A stretch of 64,000 bases of DNA from an uncultured Bacteroidales bacterium (GTDB lineage: Bacteria > Bacteroidota > Bacteroidia > Bacteroidales > GCA-2748055). The stretch lies in NCBI GenBank assembly GCA_963764345.1, contig CAVXSF010000033.1, positions 7,931-71,930 on the forward strand. The letters are read 5' to 3'. Of the stretch, positions 20,339-30,089 are shown piece after piece. The first letter of the stretch is position 1, and every line of letters starts with the position of its first letter. Both the position numbers and the translations under genes were made by a program. Below the pieces are notes generated by a model, which saw nothing but the letters and a program-made list of their open reading frames with translations, did no database searches and was not told the origin of the DNA.

Positions 20339-22273
20339 CTATTGACTTATCGCATCCTGAACCCAGGTAAGTCTCCAGGTTCCGGGTGTTCTTCCCCCAG
20401 CTTCAAAGTAGGGAAGAAATTCTATTTCACCGTTATTCCCTGTCTTCAGGATATACCGTGTGCCCTGAAATTTCCCTTCCGTTTTAACCGGGATGAAAAG
20501 AGCTTCCGGGCCGCTACCTGACAGCGGGATCACTTTTTCCCTGTTTTCACCGTCAATCAAACCGTTTGTAGCATAAACCAGAGGTCCTCTGCTAAGAGAA
20601 AACCAGTCAACCCTGTAAATATCCTTCCTGCTTTGTGGTATAAGGGCAAACTCAGACCTGTGATGGACCTTCAGTCTGAAAGGGAAGGACAGTTCAATTT
20701 GGTCGTTCTTTTTCCAGACCCTGCTGATTTTGAAATATTCTCCGCTTCCGGCAATGGCTGTATCCGGGATTTTCCCGTTGATCCTGACTGAGACAGTATC
20801 TGCCCAATCGGGGATCCTGAGGAAAAGCGGGAAGGAACTACTTTTTTCGGGTGACACCGTAATACGTATATTCCCGTCAAAGGGGTACATGGTTTGCTGA
20901 CTGATACTTACCCTGGTATTTTCAAGCATGATATCGGCGCTGCTCTCTGTGTACAGGTTGCAGGATATCCCATTCTCTCTCAAGCCATAAATCGATCCGG
21001 CTACATCTTCAAGGGCCATGGCACCACTCGAAGGGCAGCAATCATTGAAATTAGCGGCATGTCTTCGACCGTTGACAAACGAATGATAACACCAGTTCAC
21101 GCCATCGGGATAAGCGGCTCCGGAAAGTGCGTTAAAGGCCGTTTTTTCGATCTCCTGGGCGTAACAGGCGGATCCGGTCAGACTTAGGAGCTCCCTGTTC
21201 AGCTGGATCCAGGCCATGGAACTGCAGGTTTCCGTGAAGCCGTACGGGCTCCAGAATCCGGCCTTGTCAAAACATTCATAAAAATTACCAATTCCTCCCC
21301 AAGGCCCGCCACATATGGTCAGATGATCGTTGAGGATTTCTTTCCAGGCATTCTCCACGGCTTTTAAGTAGGTAAGGTCGCCTGTGACAGCAACCAGGTC
21401 AGCTATAGCCTTCAGATTCCATATCACCTGGTATGCCTTGCCTTCACCCACCGTTGACATATCCCGGTTATGAAGCGCCGCAGGAATAAGCATTAAACCT
21501 TCCTTCTCATTCATTTCTTTGAGGATGAGTTTTGCGAAACTGAGATACCTCTCATCGCGGGTAAGCTTATATAATTCCACTACCGGGTCAAGGATGATGG
21601 TCGAAGAAATACCCTCCCGGGTTCCATAGTCTGTAATATTTTGTCTGCCGTCTCCAAACGTCTTGAGAAACAGTTCGCCTATCTTTTTCGCTGCATCCGA
21701 ATAAACAGGATCAGGGTAAAAATGATTCACCTCGAGCAGACCCAGAACCATGTAGCTCTGATCCCATACATCCCAGGAGTGTTTGTGTGAAACCTTACTG
21801 TTGGTAAACCTGACTCCTGGTGAATAGGTACCGAGGTACCCGTCAGGTTCCTGGTTGTCGACAAGGTAACCGGCTGTCTTAAGCAATAACGACTTCAGAC
21901 CCGGATCATTTGTGCGGGCAACAGCCAGGGCAGTTGCGTACATCCATTTCCCGGCATGTTCACCATACCAGTCCGTCTTATTATGGTTCAGCCTTGCTTC
22001 CTTACTGAACATCGAAATGAGTTCACCGTCGTTCCAATTTGGTAATTGCATCAGCCTGCCGGTTTCGCTTTGATGAAGTTCTTCTCCAAGGAATCCGCCA
22101 ACAGTAATGTTTTCTGGAGAGATGAATTCAATACCGGCCAGGGTATCTGTTACAACCTTCTGCCCTGACACCCTCGGGTCGGAGATCATTGCCAAAAGAA
22201 GGACTAAGAGAATTCCTTCTGCCAATGTCTTACCCGTGGTACCCCCGAAAATAGATCTTACACTTCGTTTCAT
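20339..22273 (-). CDS. GH127-family (beta-L-arabinofuranosidase-like) glycoside hydrolase
   Basis: GEHAGKW, DGYLGTY, ETCSS and DCCPSS Zn/Cys motifs, TMYPFDG, LRIPDWA, GPLVY. Confidence 0.85.
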   Translation of the reverse strand: MKRSVRSIFGGTTGKTLAEGILLVLLLAMISDPRVSGQKVVTDTLAGIEFISPENITVGGFLGEELHQSETGRLMQLPNWNDGELISMFSKEARLNHNKTDWYGEHAGKWMYATALAVARTNDPGLKSLLLKTAGYLVDNQEPDGYLGTYSPGVRFTNSKVSHKHSWDVWDQSYMVLGLLEVNHFYPDPVYSDAAKKIGELFLKTFGDGRQNITDYGTREGISSTIILDPVVELYKLTRDERYLSFAKLILKEMNEKEGLMLIPAALHNRDMSTVGEGKAYQVIWNLKAIADLVAVTGDLTYLKAVENAWKEILNDHLTICGGPWGGIGNFYECFDKAGFWSPYGFTETCSSMAWIQLNRELLSLTGSACYAQEIEKTAFNALSGAAYPDGVNWCYHSFVNGRRHAANFNDCCPSSGAMALEDVAGSIYGLRENGISCNLYTESSADIMLENTRVSISQQTMYPFDGNIRITVSPEKSSSFPLFLRIPDWADTVSVRINGKIPDTAIAGSGEYFKISRVWKKNDQIELSFPFRLKVHHRSEFALIPQSRKDIYRVDWFSLSRGPLVYATNGLIDGENREKVIPLSGSGPEALFIPVKTEGKFQGTRYILKTGNNGEIEFLPYFEAGGRTPGTWRLTWVQDAISQ

Positions 22274-22308
22274 GATGGCTGTTTAATTAAGTTAACCAGG
22301 TATTCCGG

Positions 22309-22344
22309 TTCCGGAATGTTTTTCTGTATGATAACATTCCGGAA
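22309..22344. terminator. Intergenic hairpin within the PUL
   Basis: Perfect 12-bp inverted repeat ttccggaatgtt / aacattccggaa with a 12-nt loop. Confidence 0.4.
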
Positions 22345-22416
22345 GGCAAATGGATTAACCTGACGAAATATCATGTAAGGATAAAGCAGACCTCATGTAA
22401 AAGGTATGGCCGAAAT

Positions 22417-23439
22417 TCAACGGCTGCCACCGGAGAGAACCTCCGGCAGGAATTCCTCATAGGCCATTCCCCTGTCCCTGAATACCAGGGTGTCGAAGAC
22501 CTGGTGGTTATAAATCCCTACCCTGTATTTATAATTCAGATAAATAACATCCCTCGGGCGTCCGCCCCAGGTATCCCCTCCGGGAACATAACTGCCGGAA
22601 ACACTCTGTGCAATTTTATATTTCGAAGAAGCATCTGATTCCACGATAGCATTCCCTGAGGAAGGGTCGATAATTATATTGAAGGCAAAACCGGCCCCGG
22701 TGTTGCCCCCTATAAAATCAGTTGTGACGGTATACCGGGCAGAAGTAGACAGGTGTACCACCTCATCCTGTTCAACATATTGATGATGATAGGTTGTCGT
22801 ATCCGTATTATGGCCAAAGGCATCCTGTCCGTAGTCGACACCTCGTCTGAGGTAAGCCCCGTGATATTCATTGACATATTTTATCATGTAGAGTGTAAAG
22901 TCCTTGGCCGGATTACCGGCATCCCAGTCGGACACTACGCGTTTGTCAGGATTCCCGACCGTCGGCACTCCGCTCAGGATCGAATCGGCGTTGGTATATG
23001 TGATCCTGAGGGGCACTACGTAGTGATCCCCGCTGGCAAGACTGTCGGCGAGAAAATCATTGGTTAACTGCACCAGAATATACCCTGAAAAAGAACCAGA
23101 AGGAATGGTAACTTCGCCAACCGGGTCGAGGGTATAATACGAGGATGGCAGTGCTTTAACATCATTGCCAAGGCTGTCACACAGGCTTTCGTCAACTTCA
23201 TATCCCACTTTCCAGTTTTTGGTATTGTGATACAGGCCGCCTATCGAAACGCCAATATGGAATTTAAGCTCCTTATCGAGTGAATTATCGATATCGTCGT
23301 TACCCAGGGAAAGGGTACGTACCGGAAACTGGACGGGAAAATAAACCGCATTATAGTTAAAATCAGGAAAGTCTTGATGCTTGTTTTCGCAGGCAATGAG
23401 ACCTGAGATCATTAACAATAAAATTAATGCCTTTTTCAT
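22417..23439 (-). CDS. DUF1735/DUF5627-type PUL surface lipoprotein
   Basis: Lipobox LIAC; VYFPVQFPVRTLSLG, YVVPLRI, YLRRG; directly after SusD. Confidence 0.72.
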   Translation of the reverse strand: MKKALILLLMISGLIACENKHQDFPDFNYNAVYFPVQFPVRTLSLGNDDIDNSLDKELKFHIGVSIGGLYHNTKNWKVGYEVDESLCDSLGNDVKALPSSYYTLDPVGEVTIPSGSFSGYILVQLTNDFLADSLASGDHYVVPLRITYTNADSILSGVPTVGNPDKRVVSDWDAGNPAKDFTLYMIKYVNEYHGAYLRRGVDYGQDAFGHNTDTTTYHHQYVEQDEVVHLSTSARYTVTTDFIGGNTGAGFAFNIIIDPSSGNAIVESDASSKYKIAQSVSGSYVPGGDTWGGRPRDVIYLNYKYRVGIYNHQVFDTLVFRDRGMAYEEFLPEVLSGGSR

Positions 23440-23525
23440 CTTCTGGTATTTTTATCAATTGTCTGTTTCAATTCTTTTATTTTTGTCTTATAAACACGCC
23501 CGGCAGGGAATCTGCCACCCTCCGG

Positions 23526-25229
23526 TTACCAGCCCATATTCTGAACCAGGCTATACTTCAGGGTTTCATTATAGGGTACCGGTCCGTATATCATATAATC
23601 GCTATAATTCCTGCTTTCAAGTAATTGCTTCTGATAAGGGGTCTGGCTGCTAAAGTTGATATACATGGCATTCACAGGAGCTTCCATCACTGTGGTAAGA
23701 TCCCACCTGCGGATATCCCAGAACCTGAAACCTTCGAAACACAGTTCAATCCGCCGTTCATTTCTGACCAACGTTCTGAAATCATCTTTAGTTGCTGTCA
23801 TGGAATTCAGGTAAGTATCTGAACCCATATCAGGTAAGCCTCCTCTCACCCGTATTGCGCTGATGATCTGCCGTGCGGTAAAGCCATAGCCCATAGGGTC
23901 AGCATCGGGTCCCCAGGCTTCATTCGCTGCTTCGGCATAGTTCAGGAAAACTTCGGTAAACCTGAAGTAGGTCACAAAATGTTCTGCCTGGGTAACATTG
24001 CCGGGAGCAAGATTAACCTTTGAATCCAGTAAAAACTTTTTAAGATAATAGCCTGAGCGGGTTGAAGTCACGGTTTTTGCGATACCATCAGACGGTGAAC
24101 TGACATCGGTACGGATCGTGTCTTTGATTACATTCCCATTGTATACGACGTATGCTGTAAGCCGGGGATCTCTGTCAAGGTATGGATTGGAAGGATCATA
24201 ACCACTTGATCCATCTGTTATGGGCATGCCGTTTCTCATCGGAAAGACATCCACCAGGTCCTGGGTTGGGTTGATCCTGCCCTTTCCGAATTTTGAGGGT
24301 GGATAATTATCCATTTCCAAGTCGTTGCTGTTGCTCCAGGCATTTTTCCATATAATTTCCGGATCCTGGTAATTCTTGTAAAATAGAAGTCCTGTTGGTG
24401 ATATAGCTGAAATACCACCGTTATCCCGGATGATTTCACCGGCAGCCTCAGCTGCTGTTTGCCAGTCGAGATATCCGTATGCCGGGCTGGCTGCATACAA
24501 AGTCACCCTTGATTTTAATGCGAGAGCAGCCAGTCCCGACATACGGTTCTGGTTCCTTGCGCCGAGTGTGCTGTTATACACCTGGTCGTTCGGGATATCT
24601 TTATAGGTATTAGGCAGGTACTTCACTGCGGTATCGATATCCGAGAGTATCTGATCGACACAGGCGGCATATGTACCTCTTGGAATCATGAAATCCGAGT
24701 TCCTGGTCAGCACGGTGGTTACGACAGGAAATCCGAGCAAGGACCCTCCCGCCGACATCCCGGCATGATTCTGCAGGATTTGGAACATCCACCATGCTCT
24801 GAGGCCATAAGCCTCACCGCGGAGTCGTTTCATCAAATTGGCATTTGCCGTTGCGTTCTCCCAGGACCATTGTACCTGGTCCATTTTCTGAAGAAAGGAG
24901 TTAATATAGAAAATTTCATGATAGGCTGCGGACCATTTTTCAATCGGATTAAAAGAGGACCTCCATTCACCTGTTGCCATTCTGCGTGAGGGCGAATTTT
25001 TATCGTTCGTCACAGCGTCATCGCTGGCGACGGCTTCCTTCAAAGCAGCCGAATCAGAAGGCATATCGTAATATGCATGGAGTAGTAAGCCTTCGAAAAA
25101 TGACGGATCATTCAGCATCTCGTCCTCGGTTAGCCGGTTATCCAGTCCGGGAGCAAGATATTTTTCACAGGACATTAATCCGGATCCCAAAATGACGACA
25201 ACTAAAACCAGTTGAATGTATTTTTTCAT
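23526..25229 (-). CDS. susD: RagB/SusD family lipoprotein
   Basis: Lipobox LMSC; GEAYGLRAW, DPRL, RFTEVFLNYAEAANE, RNERRIELCFEGFRFWDIRRW. Confidence 0.93.
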   Translation of the reverse strand: MKKYIQLVLVVVILGSGLMSCEKYLAPGLDNRLTEDEMLNDPSFFEGLLLHAYYDMPSDSAALKEAVASDDAVTNDKNSPSRRMATGEWRSSFNPIEKWSAAYHEIFYINSFLQKMDQVQWSWENATANANLMKRLRGEAYGLRAWWMFQILQNHAGMSAGGSLLGFPVVTTVLTRNSDFMIPRGTYAACVDQILSDIDTAVKYLPNTYKDIPNDQVYNSTLGARNQNRMSGLAALALKSRVTLYAASPAYGYLDWQTAAEAAGEIIRDNGGISAISPTGLLFYKNYQDPEIIWKNAWSNSNDLEMDNYPPSKFGKGRINPTQDLVDVFPMRNGMPITDGSSGYDPSNPYLDRDPRLTAYVVYNGNVIKDTIRTDVSSPSDGIAKTVTSTRSGYYLKKFLLDSKVNLAPGNVTQAEHFVTYFRFTEVFLNYAEAANEAWGPDADPMGYGFTARQIISAIRVRGGLPDMGSDTYLNSMTATKDDFRTLVRNERRIELCFEGFRFWDIRRWDLTTVMEAPVNAMYINFSSQTPYQKQLLESRNYSDYMIYGPVPYNETLKYSLVQNMGW

Positions 25230-25247
25230 GTCGTAAGACTTTAAAAT

Positions 25248-28200
25248 TTAAAATGAGACATTTATACCGGCGGCAAAGGTTCTGAACTGGGGTTCGGTAC
25301 CGATATTCAGTTCCCGTTTTTCCCTGATCTTCGAGATGGTCAGCAGGTTACTCCCCCGCACGTAAATCTGCATGCTTTTCATAAAATTGTTCATGGCTAT
25401 CTTATCTGGAAGGTTCACGGAGAGTTGTACCCTCTGAAGCGTAAACCAGTTATTCTTATCGAGCCAGAAAGTTGAATTCCTGAAATTATTGGCATTATTT
25501 ACCGATGAAAGCCTGGGATATGTGGCGGTCTCGGCGGTTTGAGGTGTCCAACTGTTCAGAACCAGGTCGGAGTATTTCCTCTCCCCGTAAACCCAGTAAT
25601 AGGCATTGTTGAATATTGTACTCTGGTCTGCCTGTCCTGTTCCCAGCACAAAGAGGTCGAAAATCCCGTATGAGAGGTTCATGTGAAATGCATATTGTAC
25701 TCTGGGAGAATTGTAGCCTATGACTTTCACATCAGTGACATCGATGATCCCGTCATTATTAAGGTCCTTGTACTTGATATCCCCAGGCTGCACTACCCCA
25801 AAGGTTTGAACGGCGTGAGAGTCAATGTCTTGCTGATCTTTAAACAAACCTTCAGCCACATACCCGAAAATAGCGTCCGTCGGCTTGCCAGTATGTCGCA
25901 GGTAGTCATAGGGGTAATCCGGTTCGTCAAGTTGCAGGACTTTTGGAACAGACCAAACGATGTTGGATCCGACTGAAAGGTTAAAATCATGAAATGAGGC
26001 ATGATAGGTAATTCCAAATTCAATGCCCTGATTAAGATGGCTGTTATAGTTTTCGTAAGGCAGGGTATTATCCACATCATTTGTCCTCTGTATGGTATCT
26101 CCTACAAAGACAGGGTAAAAACTGTTCCGGGTGGTAATTTCATCATACAGCCGGCTTCTGAAGAATGTGGCTTCCAGCGAAAGTGAACGGTTCAGTATCA
26201 GTGCGTCGAAACCCGCCGAGAGTTCTTCTCTCTTTATCCAGGTGATATCAGGATTTCCGATATTACCAAAATACCTCACCTGGTTTGATGCCACACCATT
26301 ATCATAAACGAATGTATTGCCCTGGGAAAAAGTGGTCTGATAAAGATAATAGTCAGCGATGTTCTGGTCGGTATGGATGATTCCCCAGTCCACCCTGAGT
26401 TTCAGGTAATCAAAGATTCCGGCGGGCATAAAGTTTTCATCACTTATAATCCAGGCCATACCGGCTGCCGGAGAGAAGGCATATTTGTTCTCTGATGCGA
26501 ACCGGGGGGACCCTGCCATGACACCTCCCACCTGCGCAATATATTTCTGCTTGAAACTGTAGTTTCCTTCTGCCCCGAAATGCAGATCCCGCATCGGGTG
26601 GATCTGCCCATCGAGCTGTAGCTGCTGTCGGTAAGCAACGGCGATGGCGTTTATTTCATGATCTGTATTGAAAACGCGATGATAATTCAATGTGCCGAAT
26701 AGACCTATTCTCCGGTAAAAATTAGGGTTAATCAGTGATTCACTGCTGGGATGGTCGTATTGCCCTATTTTCTGGTACCCTATACTGTCGCCCTGAGAAC
26801 CTGCCAGAACTACGGGGTGGTATACTTCGTACTTATTTAATAGCTGAGTTTCATAGTAATTGTGTACATCGAATGTCAGGTAACCTTTCGCAGTCAGACC
26901 TTCGGTAATGAAATTCAGGTCTAAATCCAGTCCCGTATTAATCTGCAGGGTCCTGTCCAGTGTGTTCCGGTAACCAGCGAGATCCAAATCACCATAGATG
27001 TTATCCTGGTAGATGTTTGATCCGCCGAGCACATATTTACCGTTGATCAGGGTGGCAGAGGCAAGAAGTGCGGAATCACTGACCGGGATTAAAACCGGTG
27101 CCTGATTGGGCAGAAAGGTGGAGGAATTTTTCCAGAAGTCACCGTTTTTCAGGTTTTTATTCAACTGAAATATAGCCACTCCGTCGGCTCTCATAGTGAT
27201 ATAATCATTGATCTTGTAATTGGCATTGCCTCTGAGATTAATCTGGTCAGTCCTGCCTTCCTTGCCGAGGGAAATCAGGCTGTTCTGCCGGTTCCATCCC
27301 ATATAGACATAATACTGAGCAGCATCATTGCCTCCGGAAGCTTCTGCTATCAGGTTATAGAATGACTTAAAATTGCGGAGGTATTCCGAGTTATAATAAC
27401 TTTCGTCGGGGTAAAGCACGTTATTGACTTTGTTTCGTGTATTCGCAATGGTGAGGCTGTCGTACTGCGGCAGTCTGCCGTCATTGGAAAGAGCCTCGTT
27501 ATAAAGGGTCATGTAGTCTGCAGCGCCCAGGTATTTTGGATAACTCACAGGACTCATCACCCCTGTTTCCATTCTTACGGTCATTTTGCTTTTATAAGCC
27601 TCGCCTCTCTTGGTTGTGAATAAAATGACCGGCTGACCGGCACGGGCACCGTAAAGCAGGCGCGACACAGGGTCTTTGAGAACGGTGATCTGGCTGATCT
27701 CCTGGAGATTCAGTGATGTTACGGGCCTGGGGATTCCATCCACCACCAACAATGCTGCTCCCATACCATATACATTAGTACTGTCGAAAAGACCGGGTAT
27801 TCTGCCATTCAAAGCCGAATAGATATTCTGATTCGCATCATATTTAAGGATCTCTTCCGGATTAAGCACGGTTACGGCACCTGTAAGGTAACGTTGCTTT
27901 ATTGTTCCGAAGGGTATATTAACATTATCCCGGTCGCTTAACAGGTAGGGTTGTTTATCGATGGCTATTTCAGCCGGAAGGTCGCTGTTAACGCTTTTTA
28001 TCAGGTGGCTGGCATAGCCGTCGGCTTCGATAAGTACCGGGCTGCCTTTGGAAACGGTTATGGAAAAGGTACCATCGGCAGCTGACCTTGCAACCCGGGC
28101 ACCCTCATTGCCATAAATATATGCATTTTCAACAGGGTTTCCTTCCTGATCAACAATCTTCGAGGATAGGTTTAAATTCTGCATTTCCTTTTCAGCTTTC

Positions 28201-28274
28201 TGAGATAACAGGCTTGCTGAGAATAAAAAGCTGATCAAAAAAGAAAATATGAAAACGGAAGAAAATTTTCTCAT
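25248..28274 (-). CDS. susC: SusC/RagA TonB-dependent transporter (second)
   Basis: Signal peptide, YLTGAVT plug, LKDPVS..LYG, GDIKYKDLNNDG, C-terminal aromatic residue (NVSF). Confidence 0.9.
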   Translation of the reverse strand: MRKFSSVFIFSFLISFLFSASLLSQKAEKEMQNLNLSSKIVDQEGNPVENAYIYGNEGARVARSAADGTFSITVSKGSPVLIEADGYASHLIKSVNSDLPAEIAIDKQPYLLSDRDNVNIPFGTIKQRYLTGAVTVLNPEEILKYDANQNIYSALNGRIPGLFDSTNVYGMGAALLVVDGIPRPVTSLNLQEISQITVLKDPVSRLLYGARAGQPVILFTTKRGEAYKSKMTVRMETGVMSPVSYPKYLGAADYMTLYNEALSNDGRLPQYDSLTIANTRNKVNNVLYPDESYYNSEYLRNFKSFYNLIAEASGGNDAAQYYVYMGWNRQNSLISLGKEGRTDQINLRGNANYKINDYITMRADGVAIFQLNKNLKNGDFWKNSSTFLPNQAPVLIPVSDSALLASATLINGKYVLGGSNIYQDNIYGDLDLAGYRNTLDRTLQINTGLDLDLNFITEGLTAKGYLTFDVHNYYETQLLNKYEVYHPVVLAGSQGDSIGYQKIGQYDHPSSESLINPNFYRRIGLFGTLNYHRVFNTDHEINAIAVAYRQQLQLDGQIHPMRDLHFGAEGNYSFKQKYIAQVGGVMAGSPRFASENKYAFSPAAGMAWIISDENFMPAGIFDYLKLRVDWGIIHTDQNIADYYLYQTTFSQGNTFVYDNGVASNQVRYFGNIGNPDITWIKREELSAGFDALILNRSLSLEATFFRSRLYDEITTRNSFYPVFVGDTIQRTNDVDNTLPYENYNSHLNQGIEFGITYHASFHDFNLSVGSNIVWSVPKVLQLDEPDYPYDYLRHTGKPTDAIFGYVAEGLFKDQQDIDSHAVQTFGVVQPGDIKYKDLNNDGIIDVTDVKVIGYNSPRVQYAFHMNLSYGIFDLFVLGTGQADQSTIFNNAYYWVYGERKYSDLVLNSWTPQTAETATYPRLSSVNNANNFRNSTFWLDKNNWFTLQRVQLSVNLPDKIAMNNFMKSMQIYVRGSNLLTISKIREKRELNIGTEPQFRTFAAGINVSF

Positions 28275-28303
28275 GACAAATGCTTTATTAAGTTTTGTTT
28301 TAG

Positions 28304-30076
28304 TTACCATCCGGGATTTTGCGGCCATCCAACGTACAGCAGCGTTTGAGATTTATAGAATGGCATCCAGTAATGTTTTTGCTCGAAAACACGGTTAAAG
28401 ATCAGTACTTTTTTAAAGGAGGTGTGTTCCTTGTTGAATACCAGGTCGTATTGCGGCTTGTTTTCGGGCAGGTGAGCGATATACCATCTGCGCATATCGT
28501 TCCATCTCGAACCTTCAAAGCAGAGTTCAACAGAACGCTCGTTGCGGATACGTTCTCTGAACGTTTCCTTACCGCCTGTGAACATGGCATCCACATCCGG
28601 CATATTCGACCTGTTTCTAACCAGATTGACCGCAGCCACCGCAGTTAGTCCGGCACCCTCTGCTGTTCCCGAAGGCCCAAAGGCTTCATTCACAGCCTCG
28701 GCATACATCAGGTAAACATCTGCCAGTCGCATGAGCGGAGTGGAATAGGTAAACTGTGCCCAAAGGTTGTCATACTGATTTACTCCTTTTGGCCAGTATT
28801 TATGGTTCAGGTAAGAAGTGAGAACACCGGGGTCGGATTTATCGATTCCTCCGTCATACAGCTGAAGAATTGTGAGGGGACTGAATCCCGCGGTATCCCC
28901 GTCTACGTATATGAATTTATGGAATCGCGGATCACGGTTATCCCAGGGATGCATCGGATCATAGCCGGACGCAGGATCATCGATAGGTAAGCCGTTTTTC
29001 ATCTCAAACCTGTCGACGAAGTTTTGTACAGGGGTTTCACAGATGGCATTTCCTCCGAAACGTGCCGGAGTATACAATCTGCCGAGCCTGTTCAGCATTC
29101 TTCCGGAACCGAATTGATTCGGGATTCTTTCCCAGATCGTTTCCGTAGTCCAGGGAATAGTACCATCCGTTTTTGCATAGAGGTCCTGGAAATTGGAGAA
29201 GGGTACGAGGCTGTAGGTGCCCTGGTCGGCCAGTTTAATCACTTCCCATGCGGCGTTGGCTGCGCGGACCATATATGACTGGTCGAAGTCGTAGGCACCG
29301 CCGGCATCGTGAACCATCAGGGGGCTTCCGGCATAAAGGAGGGCCTTGGCCTTATAAGCGAGAGCGGCCCCTTTGGTAGCTCTCCCGGTGTTAAAGCCGG
29401 TTCTGCTGCTTCCCACGGAGGTCTTGTCCCAGTCGACAGGCAGAAGTGCAGCTGCCGAATCGAGATCAGAGACGATCCTTTCGACGGTACCCTGAAAAGT
29501 CAGGCGCGGAATATCGAGGTTTTCGTCGGCAGCATAAACTTTGTCGGCGTAAGGAATTCCGCCCCACCGTACAGCGATTTCCCAATGCAGGTATGCCCGG
29601 AAGAAATAAGCCTGCCCTTTGATCAGGTTCCGTTGTTCATCCGTGCCTTGTAAAAGCGGGAGCTTTTCGAGACACTGATTAGCGATACGGATGCCCTTCC
29701 ATCCATCGGGCCATATGCCTGCCGGGGTACCCTGGGAGCCAAAAATTCCACCGTCATTCTCTTCCCAGTAGTTCGACTGCCAGAAATTATAGATCACTTC
29801 CCAGTAATTCCCTTCTGCAAACTTTCTGGCCGAAGCCCAGTTTTGCCAGGCAATGGAAAGGTCACCGTTTGCACTTCCCGTGGTCAGGGCCTGATTATTC
29901 GGATCGATAACACATCCGTACAGGGCATCCTCAAACCCCTGGAAACCCTCGTAGGTGCCGAATATGTCCTTTTCAGTAACAACAGCTTCAGGAGTTTTAT
30001 CCAGGTATTTCTCACACGACCATAAACAGGTTATGGAGATCAGGATTATTCCGGTAATGCGAATTAAACTTTTCAT
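28304..30076 (-). CDS. susD: RagB/SusD family lipoprotein
   Basis: Lipobox LWSC; GQAYFFRA, RDPRF, RLADVYLMYAEA, ERSVELCFEGSRWNDMRRW. Confidence 0.93.
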   Translation of the reverse strand: MKSLIRITGIILISITCLWSCEKYLDKTPEAVVTEKDIFGTYEGFQGFEDALYGCVIDPNNQALTTGSANGDLSIAWQNWASARKFAEGNYWEVIYNFWQSNYWEENDGGIFGSQGTPAGIWPDGWKGIRIANQCLEKLPLLQGTDEQRNLIKGQAYFFRAYLHWEIAVRWGGIPYADKVYAADENLDIPRLTFQGTVERIVSDLDSAAALLPVDWDKTSVGSSRTGFNTGRATKGAALAYKAKALLYAGSPLMVHDAGGAYDFDQSYMVRAANAAWEVIKLADQGTYSLVPFSNFQDLYAKTDGTIPWTTETIWERIPNQFGSGRMLNRLGRLYTPARFGGNAICETPVQNFVDRFEMKNGLPIDDPASGYDPMHPWDNRDPRFHKFIYVDGDTAGFSPLTILQLYDGGIDKSDPGVLTSYLNHKYWPKGVNQYDNLWAQFTYSTPLMRLADVYLMYAEAVNEAFGPSGTAEGAGLTAVAAVNLVRNRSNMPDVDAMFTGGKETFRERIRNERSVELCFEGSRWNDMRRWYIAHLPENKPQYDLVFNKEHTSFKKVLIFNRVFEQKHYWMPFYKSQTLLYVGWPQNPGW

Positions 30077-30089
30077 AAGATTTGCTTAC

